64,000 nt of DNA, from NCBI GenBank assembly GCA_963745015.1, contig CAVUVU010000018.1, positions 13,524-77,523 on the forward strand, in the 5' to 3' direction. Below are positions 11,379 to 21,609 of this stretch, in pieces. How positions within the stretch are numbered: the stretch's first letter is position 1; each line of letters opens with the position of its first letter. The notes below the pieces were generated by a model. That model worked only from the letters and a program-made list of their open reading frames with translations, was not told the DNA's origin and did not search any database. A program made the position numbers and the translations under genes. Origin of the DNA: an uncultured Candidatus Rokubacteria bacterium (GTDB lineage: Bacteria > Methylomirabilota > Methylomirabilia > Rokubacteriales > DASRDR01).

Positions 11379-13754
11379 TCAGGCGGGAGACCACTTCCAC
11401 TCTCGCACCTCCGGGCGGTCGTCCCCGTGCTCGACGATGTACGCCTTGTGCTCGCTCCGCCGGTCGCGCATGAGCTGCCGGATGTGCCCGGCCCGCGCGG
11501 CGAGCCCTGGCACCCGGTCGATCACGTCCATCACCAGGTGATAGCGATCCAGGTCGTTCAGGACGACCATGTCGAACGGCGTCGTGGTGGTCCCCTCCTC
11601 CTTGTACCCGCGCACGTGGAGGTTCTCGTGGTTGGTCCGCCGATAGGTCAGCCGGTGGATCAGCCAGGGATAGCCGTGGTAGGCGAAGATGATCGGCCGG
11701 TCCGTGGTGAACAGCGTGTCGAACTCGGCGTGCGACAGGCCGTGCGGGTGCTCCTCGCGTGGCTGGAGCCGCATGAGGTCGACGACGTTGACGACCCGGA
11801 CCTTGACCTCCGGAAGATGCTCGCGGAGCAGCGCGACTGCCGCGAGGATCTCGAGCGTCGGCACGTCGCCGGCGCAGGCCATGACCACGTCGGGCTCCGC
11901 CCCCCGATCGTTACTCGCCCACCCCCAGATGCCGATCCCCGCGGCGCAGTGCGCGGCCGCCGCGTCGATGTCGAGGTACTGGAGGGCCGGCTGCTTGCCG
12001 GCCACGATCACGTTGACGTAGTTCCGGCTGCGGAGGCAGTGGTCCGCCACCGAGAGCAGCGTGTTGGCGTCCGGCGGCAGGTAGACGCGGATCACCTCCG
12101 CCTTCTTGTTGACCACGTGGTCGATGAATCCGGGATCCTGGTGCGAGAACCCGTTGTGATCCTGGCGCCAGACGTGGGAGGTCAGGAGGTAGTTCAGGGA
12201 CGCGATCGGCACGCGCCACGGGATCTCCCGCGTCACCTTCAGCCACTTGGCGTGCTGGTTGAACATCGAGTCGACGATGTGGATGAAGGCCTCGTAGCTC
12301 GAGAAGAGGCCGTGGCGGCCCGTGAGCAGGTAGCCCTCGAGCCAGCCCTGGCAGGTGTGCTCGCTCAGGATCTCCATGACGCGCCCGTCGGGGCCGAGGT
12401 GCTCGTCCTCCGGGCGCCGCTCGGCCATCCAGGCGCGCTCGGTCGTCTCGAACAAGGCGCCGAGCCTGTTCGAGGCCGTCTCGTCGGGTCCGAACACGCG
12501 GAAGTTGCGCTGCTCCTGGTTGAGCTTCATGACGTCCCGCAGGAAGCCGCCCAGGACGCGCGTCGCCTCCGCGATGACCGTCCCGGGCGCCGGTACGTCC
12601 ACCCCGTAGTGTCGAAAGTCGGGCAGGCGCAGATCCTCGAGCAGGAGTCCCCCGTTGGCGCGCGGGTTGGCCCCCATGCGACGGGCGCCGGCCGGCGCCA
12701 GCGCCGCCAGCTCGTCGCGGAGCCGACCCGCGTCGTCGAACAGCTCCTCCGGGCGGTAGCTCCGCAGCCAGCTTTCCAGCTGCCGGCGGTGCTGGGGGTT
12801 GGTCGCCGTGCTGGCGAGCGGCACCTGGTGAGAGCGCCAGGACCCCTCGGTCTTCTTGCCGTCCACTGTCTCGGGGCCGGTCCAGCCCTTCGGAGTCACG
12901 AGCACGAGCATGGGCCACCGGGGCCGCGTCGGCCGCTGGCTCTCGCGGGCTTCGCGCTGGATCGCCCGGATCTCCTCGACGATCGTGTCCAGGGTCGCCG
13001 CCATCGCCTGGTGCATGGGCGCGGGGTCGTCGCCCTCCACCACATAGGGACGATACCCGTAGCCGGTCAGGAGACTCTCGAGCTCGGCGCGGCCGATCCG
13101 GGCCAGGATGGTCGGGTTCGCGATCTTGTAGCCATTCAGATGGAGGATCGGCAGCACCGCCCCGTCCGTCACCGGATTGAGGAACTTGTTCGAGTGCCAC
13201 GCCGCCGCGAGCGGCCCCGTCTCGGCTTCGCCGTCCCCGATCACGCACGCGACAACCAGGTCCGGGTTGTCGAACGCGGCGCCGTAGGCGTGGGCCAGGG
13301 CATACCCAAGCTCCCCCCCCTCGTGGATGGAGCCGGGCGTCTCGGGAGCCGCGTGGCTCGGAATCCCGCCGGGGAACGAGAACTGCCGGAAGAGGCGGCG
13401 AAGACCGGCGGTGTCCCGGGAGACGTGCGGGTAGCGCTCGCTGTACGTGCCTTCGAGGTAGGTGTTCGCGACCATGGCCGGACCGCCGTGGCCGGGCCCG
13501 CAGACGTAGATCATGTCGAGGTCGAACTTCCGAATGACCCGGTTCAGGTGCGCGTAGACGAAGTTCAGCCCGGGACTCGTGCCCCAGTGGCCGAGCAAGC
13601 GCGTCTTGATGTGCTCCGCCTCCAGCGGCTCGTGCAGGAGGGGGTTCTCGCGGAGGTAGATCTGGCCCACGGAAAGGTAGTTGGCCGCCCGCCAATAGGC
13701 GTCGACGAACACCAGCTCCTTCTCGGACAACACGCTCACCATCCCGCCTCCCAT
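11379..13754 (-). CDS. xfp: xylulose-5-phosphate/fructose-6-phosphate phosphoketolase
   Basis: 791 aa, intact. [63 protein letters not shown] and [18 protein letters not shown] are hallmark phosphoketolase segments. Confidence 0.9.
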   Translation of the reverse strand: MGGGMVSVLSEKELVFVDAYWRAANYLSVGQIYLRENPLLHEPLEAEHIKTRLLGHWGTSPGLNFVYAHLNRVIRKFDLDMIYVCGPGHGGPAMVANTYLEGTYSERYPHVSRDTAGLRRLFRQFSFPGGIPSHAAPETPGSIHEGGELGYALAHAYGAAFDNPDLVVACVIGDGEAETGPLAAAWHSNKFLNPVTDGAVLPILHLNGYKIANPTILARIGRAELESLLTGYGYRPYVVEGDDPAPMHQAMAATLDTIVEEIRAIQREARESQRPTRPRWPMLVLVTPKGWTGPETVDGKKTEGSWRSHQVPLASTATNPQHRRQLESWLRSYRPEELFDDAGRLRDELAALAPAGARRMGANPRANGGLLLEDLRLPDFRHYGVDVPAPGTVIAEATRVLGGFLRDVMKLNQEQRNFRVFGPDETASNRLGALFETTERAWMAERRPEDEHLGPDGRVMEILSEHTCQGWLEGYLLTGRHGLFSSYEAFIHIVDSMFNQHAKWLKVTREIPWRVPIASLNYLLTSHVWRQDHNGFSHQDPGFIDHVVNKKAEVIRVYLPPDANTLLSVADHCLRSRNYVNVIVAGKQPALQYLDIDAAAAHCAAGIGIWGWASNDRGAEPDVVMACAGDVPTLEILAAVALLREHLPEVKVRVVNVVDLMRLQPREEHPHGLSHAEFDTLFTTDRPIIFAYHGYPWLIHRLTYRRTNHENLHVRGYKEEGTTTTPFDMVVLNDLDRYHLVMDVIDRVPGLAARAGHIRQLMRDRRSEHKAYIVEHGDDRPEVREWKWSPA

Positions 13755-13989
13755 TCGGACTCGGTCAGACGAGCCCGGACGCCATTCCCCGGCTCTTCAT
13801 GCATCATCCACGCGGCCCCGCCAGCCGTCGAGGTCGCGACCCCGCCTCGCCCGAGGGCGGCTCCGACATTCGCCGGCGGGCTAAACGCGAGAAGGCCGTC
13901 GAGCAAAGTCTCTGCCAGCCGGCCGTGGCGCCGCCGTGGATACCTCGAGTCGCGCGCATCCCGGAATCGGTGGACGGTGAGGCGATCTT

Positions 13990-14014
13990 GCCTCAAGTGT
14001 CCCACACTTGGGGC
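13990..14014. promoter_or_regulatory. 25-nt palindrome in the xfp / USP divergent intergenic region
   Basis: GCCTCAAGTGT-CCC-ACACTTGGGGC: 11-nt arms with one mismatch. The core CAAGTGT/ACACTTG pairs perfectly. Confidence 0.35.
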
Positions 14015-14211
14015 AGTGCAGCTCCGATGACACGTGCCGCGCCATTCCAGATCTGGCCGATCGAAGTGGGAACCTCGCGCCTGCCGAAACGGCGAGCCAC
14101 ACGCGCCGGCCTCATCCGACCCGGGCCGCCTGCGGCACCATCGTTGCAGAACCACCGGGTGCCTGAGCGGGTAGACCGAGGGTTCCGGATGAGGGCCACG
14201 GCACGGCCGGC

Positions 14212-15165
14212 GTGAGGAGCGCAATGACGACGATCCATCGGCTTCTGTACGCCACAGACCTTTCGCCCGCCTCGGAGCCCGCCTGGGACGAGGTCCGGCT
14301 GCTCGGGCGGTTGTTCGGCGCCGAGATCGTGCTCCTCCACGTGCTCGCACCGCCGCCGGTCGTCCCCGTCGACGCGTACCTTCCGCCGCAGGTGTACGAG
14401 GACCTTGTCGAGGGCGCGCGTCGGGACGCTCAGGAGCGGCTCGATCACGTGCTCGGCAGCGTGGCGGGCTCGGGCCTCAAGATCCGCCTCCGCCTCGAGC
14501 ACGGGCGGCCGGCCCATCGAATCCTCGAGGTCGCGAGCCAGGAAGCGCCGGACCTTCTGGTCGTCGGCACCCACGGCCGCGTCGGGATCGAGCGCCTCGT
14601 CCTCGGCAGCGTCGCCGACCGGATGGTGCGCCAGGCGACCTGTCCGGTCCTGACGGTCCGGTCCACGCCCGGGAGCGGGTCCCCGCGTGAGATCCGCCGG
14701 ATCTGCTACGCCACCGACTTCTCGCCCACCGCCCGCGCCGCCTGGCCCTGGGTCGTCGCCATCGCCAATGCGGCGGCGGCCGAGGTGGACCTCCTCCACG
14801 TGACGTTCGAGCCAGTGCCCGACCGCCACCTGTCCGCGGAGGCGATGGGACGGATGGCGCACACGTTTCACGACCAGGGTCGCGTCGAAGCCGAGCGATT
14901 CCTCGAGAGATCCACCTTGCCTCGTGAGCGAGTTCGGGTGCGCCTGGACCAGGGTGCCCCGGGAGAACAGATCGTGCGGCAGGCCCAGGACTCCGACCTC
15001 GTCGTCATGGGCACTCATGGGTGGTCGGGCGTCGTCCGGTGGATGCTCGGGTCCGTCGCGCACCACGTCATCCAGACGGCCCCCTGCCCGGTGCTCACGA
15101 TTGGCCCGGCCAGCGTGCCGGAGGCAGGTCGCTCTGGGGCGCCGTCGGACGGACCTCGGGCGTGA
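14212..15165 (+). CDS. tandem universal stress protein (two UspA domains)
   Basis: The USP ends VVGTHGRVGIERLVLGSVADRMVRQATCPVLTV and VMGTHGWSGVVRWMLGSVAHHVIQTAPCPVLTI both appear in one ORF. Confidence 0.85.
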   Translation: MRSAMTTIHRLLYATDLSPASEPAWDEVRLLGRLFGAEIVLLHVLAPPPVVPVDAYLPPQVYEDLVEGARRDAQERLDHVLGSVAGSGLKIRLRLEHGRPAHRILEVASQEAPDLLVVGTHGRVGIERLVLGSVADRMVRQATCPVLTVRSTPGSGSPREIRRICYATDFSPTARAAWPWVVAIANAAAAEVDLLHVTFEPVPDRHLSAEAMGRMAHTFHDQGRVEAERFLERSTLPRERVRVRLDQGAPGEQIVRQAQDSDLVVMGTHGWSGVVRWMLGSVAHHVIQTAPCPVLTIGPASVPEAGRSGAPSDGPRA

Positions 15166-15189
15166 GGCCCCTGCCTCACCGGCATGCGG

Positions 15190-15500
15190 TCCGGCCCGCC
15201 GGGGAGCCGGGCGCCACGCGTCGGTGCAGGCTGACGGCTTGCCCGCTTCTCGCACCGCATCGCTCAGACCCCAATGGCGCTGCCCACCGGATGTGGACCC
15301 GGAAGATCGGCGCTCTCATCGTCGTCAATCGCCGCGGGGCGCCCATCGGGGTCGTGACGGATCGGGACATCGCGGTGAAGGTCGTCGCCCAGGGTGCCGA
15401 CCCCGCCTCCGTTCGCCTGGGGACCCCGCTCCGGTCGTCTGGGCGCTCGAGGCTCGGGGATTCACGGTTCGGGAGGCTGGCGACGGTGATGGGGGCGCCT
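15190..15500 (+). pseudogene. CBS-domain gene remnant, apparently spread over several frames
   Basis: One clear CBS segment, AAHRMWTRKIGALIVVNRRGAPIGVVTDRDIAVKVVAQGADP, lies in the 15021 frame. Flanking CBS-like pieces appear only in other frames. There is no clean start or stop. Confidence 0.3.
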
Positions 15501-15501
15501 C

Positions 15502-15944
15502 ATGGTCGCAGGCCTCGCCGTGGTCTCGCTGAAAGCCCTGGAGCTCGCGGAGGTCTCCGACGCACTCCGCTCCTGTTGCGGGCGGCCGAGGCCAGGACGC
15601 TGCACGGCGCCGATCCCACCGAGGCCCAGGTCACGGTGGTGAGCAAAGCAAAGACCTACCTTGCCCCAATCCGGAAGCGGCTGACCCGTCGGGACCGCGT
15701 CACGGTCGACACGGCGGTCTGGTACGGGCCCGCCGCTCATGCGATCGTGGAGGCGGTGCGGATCCGGAAGGTCGACCAGATCGTGATGACCACCCATGGC
15801 CGGAGCGGCTTGCGGCGACTCCTCCTCGGAAGCGTGGCGGAGTCCGTCCGGCGCGGCACCACCACGCCCCTCCTGCTCCTCCGCACGGAAGGTGCCGCTG
15901 GCCAAACGCCGAGCGGTGCAGCCAAGCCCTGGGAGGCGCCATGA
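15502..15944 (+). CDS. universal stress protein, probable frame break near 15570
   Basis: The C-terminal two thirds are clear (…VWYGPAAHAIVEAVRIRKVDQIVMTTHGRSGLRRLLLGSVAESVRRGTTTPLLLLR). A plausible N-terminus, MVAGLAVVSLKALELAEVS, lies in another frame. The ATGA overlap with the next USP is at 15941-15944. Confidence 0.45.
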
Positions 15945-16387
15945 AAGTGTTCCGACGCATCCTCCACGCAACCGACTTCTCCAGCGCGTCGCGCCCGGCG
16001 CTCGCCCGGGCGATTGCGCTCGCCCGGCAGAACCGGGCCCCGCTGTCGATCGCTCACGCGCTGCCGCCGCCGACCATGATCGTCGGGGATGGCTTCGTCC
16101 CCCCGGGGACCTACGAGATGATCGACCGCACCACCCGCCAGCACGCCCGGAAGCAGCTCACCGCGCTCGTCGGACGCGTGAGAAAGGCCGGCGTGCGCGC
16201 GACGGGCCTCCTGCTCCACGGCGCACCGCACGACCAGATCCTCCGTGCCGTCCGGCGCGCGCGCGCGGACCTGATCGTGATCGGGACTCACGGCCGGAGC
16301 GGCCTTTCCAAGGTTCTGCTCGGGAGCGTCGCCGAGCGTGTCGTCCGCCTCGCCCCCTGTCCGGTCCTGACCGTCCGGGGTCGCTGA
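15941..16387 (+). CDS. universal stress protein
   Basis: MKVFRRILHATDFSSAS...LIVIGTHGRSGLSKVLLGSVAERVVRLAPCPVLTV. Confidence 0.85.
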   Translation: MKVFRRILHATDFSSASRPALARAIALARQNRAPLSIAHALPPPTMIVGDGFVPPGTYEMIDRTTRQHARKQLTALVGRVRKAGVRATGLLLHGAPHDQILRAVRRARADLIVIGTHGRSGLSKVLLGSVAERVVRLAPCPVLTVRGR

Positions 16388-16400
16388 AGGGAGGCGAGCG

Positions 16401-16604
16401 ATGCCACGCCAAGGACCCCCCATCCGGCCGTCCCGCTCGAAGAAGGCTGGCCAGCCACCCCAGCCGGTCGCCGTCGCGCCGCGGGTGCGGCGCCGCCAGA
16501 AGACGGCGCAGGCCGCGGTCCGGAAGGACACGACCCTGTTCCAGTCGCCCGCCGACCCGCGCGCGCGCTGGCCGGCCTCGAAGCCCAAGTTTCCGAAGCG
16601 GTAG
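16401..16604 (+). CDS. small basic Pro/Arg/Lys-rich hypothetical protein (67 aa)
   Basis: AAGGGAGG lies 7 nt upstream of the ATG. G/C third positions hold throughout. No family recognised. Confidence 0.4.
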   Translation: MPRQGPPIRPSRSKKAGQPPQPVAVAPRVRRRQKTAQAAVRKDTTLFQSPADPRARWPASKPKFPKR

Positions 16605-16623
16605 GCGAGACTCCGTTCGGGCC

Positions 16624-17850
16624 GTGGTCGTCCTGGCGCTCAACTGCGGGAGCTCATCCCTCAAGTTCCAGCTGTTCGCCAGCGACGATCCTGGCGGCGC
16701 TCGCGCCCGGCGAGTGGCTCGGGGCCTGGTCGAGCGTATCGGGAGCCAGGCGACCCTCGCGTTCCGGACCGAGGACGGAGCGGCACTCCGGCGGCACGAG
16801 TCCGTCCCGGACCACGAAGCGGCGGTGGGTCGGGTGCTCGCGTGGCTGGCCGAGACCTGCGCGATCGGGCGGGACGCGGGCCGGCGGATCGACGGGGTCG
16901 GACACCGCGTGGTCCACGGCGGCGAGCGGTTCACGCAGCCCGTCCTGATCGACACCGAGGTCGTGGGCGCGATCGAGGAGCTCGAGACGCTCGCGCCTCT
17001 CCACAATGCGCCGAGCCTCGCGGGCATCCGGGCGGCCAGGGCGACGCTTGGCTCCGAGGTCCCCATGGTCGGCATGTTCGACACCGCGTTCCACGCGGAG
17101 ATGCCCGAGCACGCGTACCGCTACGCCATCCCTCACGAGCTCGCCGTGAAGCACGGCATCCGACGCTACGGCTTCCACGGGCTCGCCTACCGCTCCGTCC
17201 TCGCCCGGTATGCCGAGCTGGTGGGGACACCGATCGACCGCGCGACCCTCGTCGCGCTTCACCTCGGGAATGGCTGTTCGGCGGCGGCCATCAAGGGCGG
17301 CCGATCGGTCGACACGTCGATGGGGCTCACGCCGCTCGAGGGCCTGGTGATGGGCACCCGGTCAGGCGACGTCGATCCCGCCCTCGTCGGCCACCTCACG
17401 CGCACGGAGCACGTGCCCGTTCAGCAGGTCGAGCGGTGGCTCAACGAGCGCGCCGGGCTGCTCGGGCTCTCCGGCCGGAGCCAGGACATGCGGGACCTGC
17501 TCGCGCACGAGCGGGAGGACCCCCGAGCGCGGCTGGCAGTGGACGTCTTCTGCTACCGGGCTCGCAAGTACCTCGGCGCCTACCTGGCCGTCCTGGGGGG
17601 AGCCGACGCGGTCGTGTTCAGCGGCGGCATCGGCGAGCACGCTCCCGAAGTGCGGGCGCGCATCTGCGCCGGCATGGAATGGATCGGCCTCGTGCTGGAC
17701 CCCGCGCGCAACGCCGCGGCCCGGGGCGGCGAAGGCCGGCTCAGCCCCGATGGCGCCCGCCTGTCCGTCTTCGTGATCCCGGCCGACGAGGAGCGGGTGA
17801 TCGCGCAGGACACGATGGACTGGCTCACGCGGACCGGCCGTGCCCGCTGA
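16624..17850 (+). CDS. ackA: acetate kinase
   Basis: (M)VVLALNCGSSSLKF, GHRVVHGG, MFDTAFH, YGFHGLAY, HLGNGCSA, VFSGGIGEH. GTG start at 16624. The upstream part of the long 15796 ORF is not coding. Confidence 0.9.
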   Translation: MVVLALNCGSSSLKFQLFASDDPGGARARRVARGLVERIGSQATLAFRTEDGAALRRHESVPDHEAAVGRVLAWLAETCAIGRDAGRRIDGVGHRVVHGGERFTQPVLIDTEVVGAIEELETLAPLHNAPSLAGIRAARATLGSEVPMVGMFDTAFHAEMPEHAYRYAIPHELAVKHGIRRYGFHGLAYRSVLARYAELVGTPIDRATLVALHLGNGCSAAAIKGGRSVDTSMGLTPLEGLVMGTRSGDVDPALVGHLTRTEHVPVQQVERWLNERAGLLGLSGRSQDMRDLLAHEREDPRARLAVDVFCYRARKYLGAYLAVLGGADAVVFSGGIGEHAPEVRARICAGMEWIGLVLDPARNAAARGGEGRLSPDGARLSVFVIPADEERVIAQDTMDWLTRTGRAR

Positions 17851-17990
17851 CATCCCCGTCGACCCAAGTAGCGGAAGCGACCCTCGCCCTGCGGACGGCG
17901 GTGGACCAGTCCGCCCGCCGGCATGACGCTTGCCCTGTCCAGGTGAGGCTCGGCCGCGCAACGGCAGGCCGGCCTGAACCAGGGGGACCG

Positions 17991-18476
17991 TTGAGCACTC
18001 TGAGGGCCGGCGTTCGCTATTTCGCGGTCGTCTTCGGGGCCGGCTTCATCCTGGGGCCCATCCGTCTGCTGTGGGCCGCCCCGCGGTTCGGCCCGAGAGT
18101 GGCGGAGCTGGGAGAGATGCCGATCATGCTCGCGGTGATCGTCGTCGCGGCGCGATGGGTGGTCCGGGGCTTGGCCGTGCCCCCGACGCCGACTCGCCGG
18201 CTCGGCATCGGTAGCGTCGCGCTCGCCCTCTTGCTTATCGGGGAGCTCACGCTGGTGCTGGGCCTCCGAGGCCTCTCCATTCGCGACTACCTGGCCAACC
18301 GGGACCCCGTGGCGGGCACGGTTTACCTCGCGATGCTGGGAGCGTTTGCCGTGATGCCGTGGCTCGTGGCGGGACAGCGAGCCCGCCCCTCAGTTTCCCC
18401 CGTCTTGGAGAGAGCACTCGGGCGAGGCAACGCTGGAACGACCGCACCCCGCTCGATGCCCGGTGATCACTCGTGA
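17991..18476 (+). CDS. hypothetical membrane protein (about 4 TM)
   Basis: TTG start after GGGGGA. Hydrophobic segments include FAVVFGAGFILGPI and MPIMLAVIVVAARWVV. The GTGA overlap with the next gene is at 18473-18476. Confidence 0.5.
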   Translation: MSTLRAGVRYFAVVFGAGFILGPIRLLWAAPRFGPRVAELGEMPIMLAVIVVAARWVVRGLAVPPTPTRRLGIGSVALALLLIGELTLVLGLRGLSIRDYLANRDPVAGTVYLAMLGAFAVMPWLVAGQRARPSVSPVLERALGRGNAGTTAPRSMPGDHS

Positions 18477-19168
18477 CCACAACGCTGGGCTTGGGCCTGT
18501 CCGTGACCGAGGTCGACGTGACCTTCCTGATCGCGGACCTCGCGGGCTTCACGGCGCTCACGGAAATCCACGGCAGCGTCCACGCCGCCTGGGTCGTCAC
18601 ACGGTACGTGGACATCGCCCGGGCCGCCCTTCACCCGGGCGCCCGGCTCGCGGAGAGAGTCGGGGACGCCGTCCTCATCGTCGCCCCGGGCGCGCCGAGC
18701 GCCGTGAGGACGGCCATCGACCTGCGTGAGGCGACTGAGCGTGAGCCGCTGTTTCCGCTGCTGCGGCTCGGGGTCCACGGCGGTCGGGTCGTCGAGCTCA
18801 ATGGGAGCTACTTCGGGACGCCGCTCAACCTGACGGCACGGCTCGCCGCCCACGCGATGCCCCGCCAGATCCTCTGCACCGAGACGGTCGCCGTGGCTTG
18901 CTCGGGCCTCGAGGGCGTGGAGTTCCGGAGCCTCGGGCCGGTGTCACTCAAGAACCTCCTCGCGCCGGTCTCGGTCTTCGAGGTTCTCGCCGCGAACCGG
19001 AAGGAGGAGACGCAATCGATCGACCCCGTCTGCCAGATGCGGGTCGACCCGGCAACCGCCGTGTCACAGCTGACCCACGCGGGCCGGATCTTCCACTTCT
19101 GCTCGCTCGTGTGCGCCCGCACGTTCGCGACCGAGGCCCAGCGACCGGGCGGCTCGACGTGGACGTAG
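18473..19168 (+). CDS. class III nucleotidyl-cyclase homology domain fused to a C-terminal YHS/TRASH-type domain
   Basis: Cyclase motifs: TFLIADLAGFTALTE, GDAVLIV, RLGVHGGRVVE..G.YFGTPLNLTARL. C-terminal segment: DPVCQMRVDPA...HAGRIFHFCSLVCARTF (YHS-like). Confidence 0.7.
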   Translation: MTTTLGLGLSVTEVDVTFLIADLAGFTALTEIHGSVHAAWVVTRYVDIARAALHPGARLAERVGDAVLIVAPGAPSAVRTAIDLREATEREPLFPLLRLGVHGGRVVELNGSYFGTPLNLTARLAAHAMPRQILCTETVAVACSGLEGVEFRSLGPVSLKNLLAPVSVFEVLAANRKEETQSIDPVCQMRVDPATAVSQLTHAGRIFHFCSLVCARTFATEAQRPGGSTWT

Positions 19169-20507
19169 CCACGCCACCGCCGGTCCCGGAGCGGGACCGG
19201 CCCCGGCCCCGGCGCTGCGGCGGACGCTCCGGCTCTGGCAGGTCTCTCTGTCCGGGATCGGCGTCATCCTCGGGGCGGGGGTCTACGCCCTGATCGGCCC
19301 GGCCGCGGGGCTCGCAGGCAACGCGCTCTGGCTCGCCTTTCTCCTGGCCGGCATCGCCGGCGGCTTGACCGCCTATTCGTACGCCCGCCTCGGCACGATG
19401 CGGCCGAAGGACTCGCCGGAGTTCCAGTACACCGCGCTGGCCTTCGGGCCGCGGATCGGCTTCCTGGCGGGGTGGCTGATGCTGGCCGCCGACCTGCTCG
19501 CCGTGGCCGCCGTCGCCCTCGGGTTCGGCGGCTACCTCGCTCACCTCGCGGGAACGCCCGCCGTGGGGAACGCGCTCGCGCTCCTGGCGGTGACGCTCGT
19601 CGTCCTCCTGGTCGGCATCGGTGAGTCCGTCGGGCTGGCAGTCCTGCTCACCGGGGTCGAGGCGGCCGGCTTGCTGTTCGTGATCGCGATCGGCCTGCCC
19701 GATTGGGGCCGCGTCAGCTACCTGGAGGCGCCCCACGGCGTCGCGGGCCTGTCCGGGGCCGCCGCGCTGATCTTCTTCGCGTACCTGGGATTCGACGAGA
19801 TCGGGAACTTCGCCGAGGAGATGCATCAGCCGGAGAGGAACCTTCCGCGCGCGTTGTTCTTCTCGATGGCCGGCGCCACTCTGATCTACCTGCTGGTGGC
19901 CCTGTCGGTGACGGCAGCGGTCAGCTGGCAGGATCTCAGCGCGTCGACGGCCCCCCTGGCGCTGGTGGCCCGGCGGGCGCTGGGGCCAACGGCGGAGACC
20001 GCGATCAGCGTGATCGCCCTGGCCGCCACTGCGAACACGGTGTTGCTGCTCCTGGTGGCGGCCGCGCGCTCGGTGTACGGGATGGCCGCGGGCGGTGTGC
20101 TGCCCCGTCGGCTCGGCGCCGTCGGGGGCCGGGGCATTCCCGTCCGCGCGACCCTTCTCGTGACCGGCGTCACGGGGTCCCTGGTCCTCCTGGGTGACCT
20201 CGCGCAGGTGGCGGCCCTGACCGACGCGGCGGTGCTCCTGAGCTTCATGCTCGTCAACCTCAGCTTGCCGTGGCTGGCGCGCCGTGGAGCGACGGGCCCC
20301 GGATTCATCCGCCGGACACTCGACGTCGGCCTGCCCGTCCTGGCGCTGCTCATGTGCGGGTGGCTGCTCGTGCACACCGGGTGGGTCAGCCTCGCAGCGG
20401 CCGCCGGCCTGGCGGTCCTCGGACTGGCGGTGGGGCGCCGGCGCCCGGAGCGGGGCACGGACGCCCCACCGCCGGTCACGGATCGAGATGCCCGGCCGAT
20501 CGCCTGA
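19159..20507 (+). CDS. APC-superfamily amino acid permease; start uncertain (probable frame break at about 19195-19215)
   Basis: The conserved N-terminal LRRTLRLWQVSLSGIGVILGAGVYALIG lies upstream of the track ATG (19365). That frame is open from 19074 but has no ATG, GTG or TTG. A GTG at 19159 lies in another frame just upstream of a CCCCGGCCCCGG run. Confidence 0.7.
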
Positions 20508-20656
20508 GCCCACGAAATCGGCCGTTTCCACGCGGCCAGCTCGGGGCACCGGGGTTGCACGATCACGCGACGGTATCACGCGGTGCAGAAGCGGACGTCG
20601 CCAAGGGGCTCGGCATCCCGCTCAGCGACCTCGATCGCTGAGCTCGACGGAGAAGC

Positions 20657-21124
20657 ATGAAGATCGACATCGGCATCGAGGCAGCCAAACGAAAGGAGAT
20701 CGCGAACGGTCTCGCGCACGCGCTGGCCGATACGTACACGCTCTATCTCAAGACCCACAACTTCCACTGGAACGTGACGGGTCCCATGTTCCAGACGCTC
20801 CACTTGATGTTCGAAGCGCACTACAACGAGCTCGCGCTCGCGGTAGACCTCCTTGCCGAGCGGATCCGCGCGCTCGGCTTCCCTGCTCCGGGCACGTACA
20901 AGCACTTCGGCGAGCTCTCGGCCATCAAAGAAGAGGACGGCGTGCCAAAAGCGCAGGACTTGATCAGGAAGCTCGTCCAGGGCCACGAGACCGTCGCGCG
21001 TACCGCGCGCCTGGTCTTCAAGACCGCCGAGAGCGTGAGCGATCAGCCGACGTGCGACCTGCTGACGCAGCGGATGCAGGTCCACGAAAAGACAGCCTGG
21101 ATGCTCCGGAGCTTGCTGGAGTAG
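20657..21124 (+). CDS. dps: Dps-family DNA-protection/ferritin-like protein
   Basis: [46 protein letters not shown] are ferroxidase-site residues typical of Dps. Confidence 0.9.
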   Translation: MKIDIGIEAAKRKEIANGLAHALADTYTLYLKTHNFHWNVTGPMFQTLHLMFEAHYNELALAVDLLAERIRALGFPAPGTYKHFGELSAIKEEDGVPKAQDLIRKLVQGHETVARTARLVFKTAESVSDQPTCDLLTQRMQVHEKTAWMLRSLLE

Positions 21125-21135
21125 CGAGGGGCTCC

Positions 21136-21606
21136 GTGTACAAGCGCCTGCTGGTTCCCCTCGATGGCTCCGAGCTGGCCGAGGCCATCCTGCCCTTCGC
21201 CGAGCAGGTGGCTGGACCGCTCGATGCGGAGCTCGTCCTTCTTCAGGTGGTCGAGCTGATGTCCCCGATCGAGGCGATAGCCTCGGCCGGCGTCGTCACG
21301 CCGGACACCCTCGCCCTCCGCGAGATGGACGCGAAGCGGTACCTCGTCGCGATCGAGCAGCGGCTGTCGAAGAAGGGCCTTCGCGTTCACACACGGGTGG
21401 CGCTCGGCCCGCCGGCGGAGGCGATCCTCGCCGGCGTCCGGGCCACCGGCGCCGATCTCGTCGCCATGGCGACGCATGGCCGGTCCGGCCTCGGCCGCGT
21501 ACTGCTCGGGTCCGTGGCCGACGCCGTCCTCCGAGCCTCACCGGTCCCCGTGCTCCTGATCCGGATGACGGCCAAGAGCGTCGCGGCGACCGGGCACAGG
21601 GTCTAA
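21136..21606 (+). CDS. universal stress protein
   Basis: GTG start after GAGGGG. YKRLLVPLDGSELAEAILPFAEQVA...LVAMATHGRSGLGRVLLGSVADAVLRASPVPVLLI. Confidence 0.8.
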   Translation: MYKRLLVPLDGSELAEAILPFAEQVAGPLDAELVLLQVVELMSPIEAIASAGVVTPDTLALREMDAKRYLVAIEQRLSKKGLRVHTRVALGPPAEAILAGVRATGADLVAMATHGRSGLGRVLLGSVADAVLRASPVPVLLIRMTAKSVAATGHRV

Positions 21607-21609
21607 CGC

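Noticed and set aside
11049-14030. 993-aa plus-strand ORF covering the whole phosphoketolase locus
   Set aside because: It is antisense to a textbook phosphoketolase. Its product is Arg/Gly/Pro/Ala/Val-rich with no motifs, the typical shadow ORF of a GC-rich genome. The same reasoning applies to 37651-39282 (-), 45640-47265 (-), 54999-56654 (+), 61882-63789 (+), 23062-24060 (-) and most other long ORFs in the track that lie opposite recognised genes.
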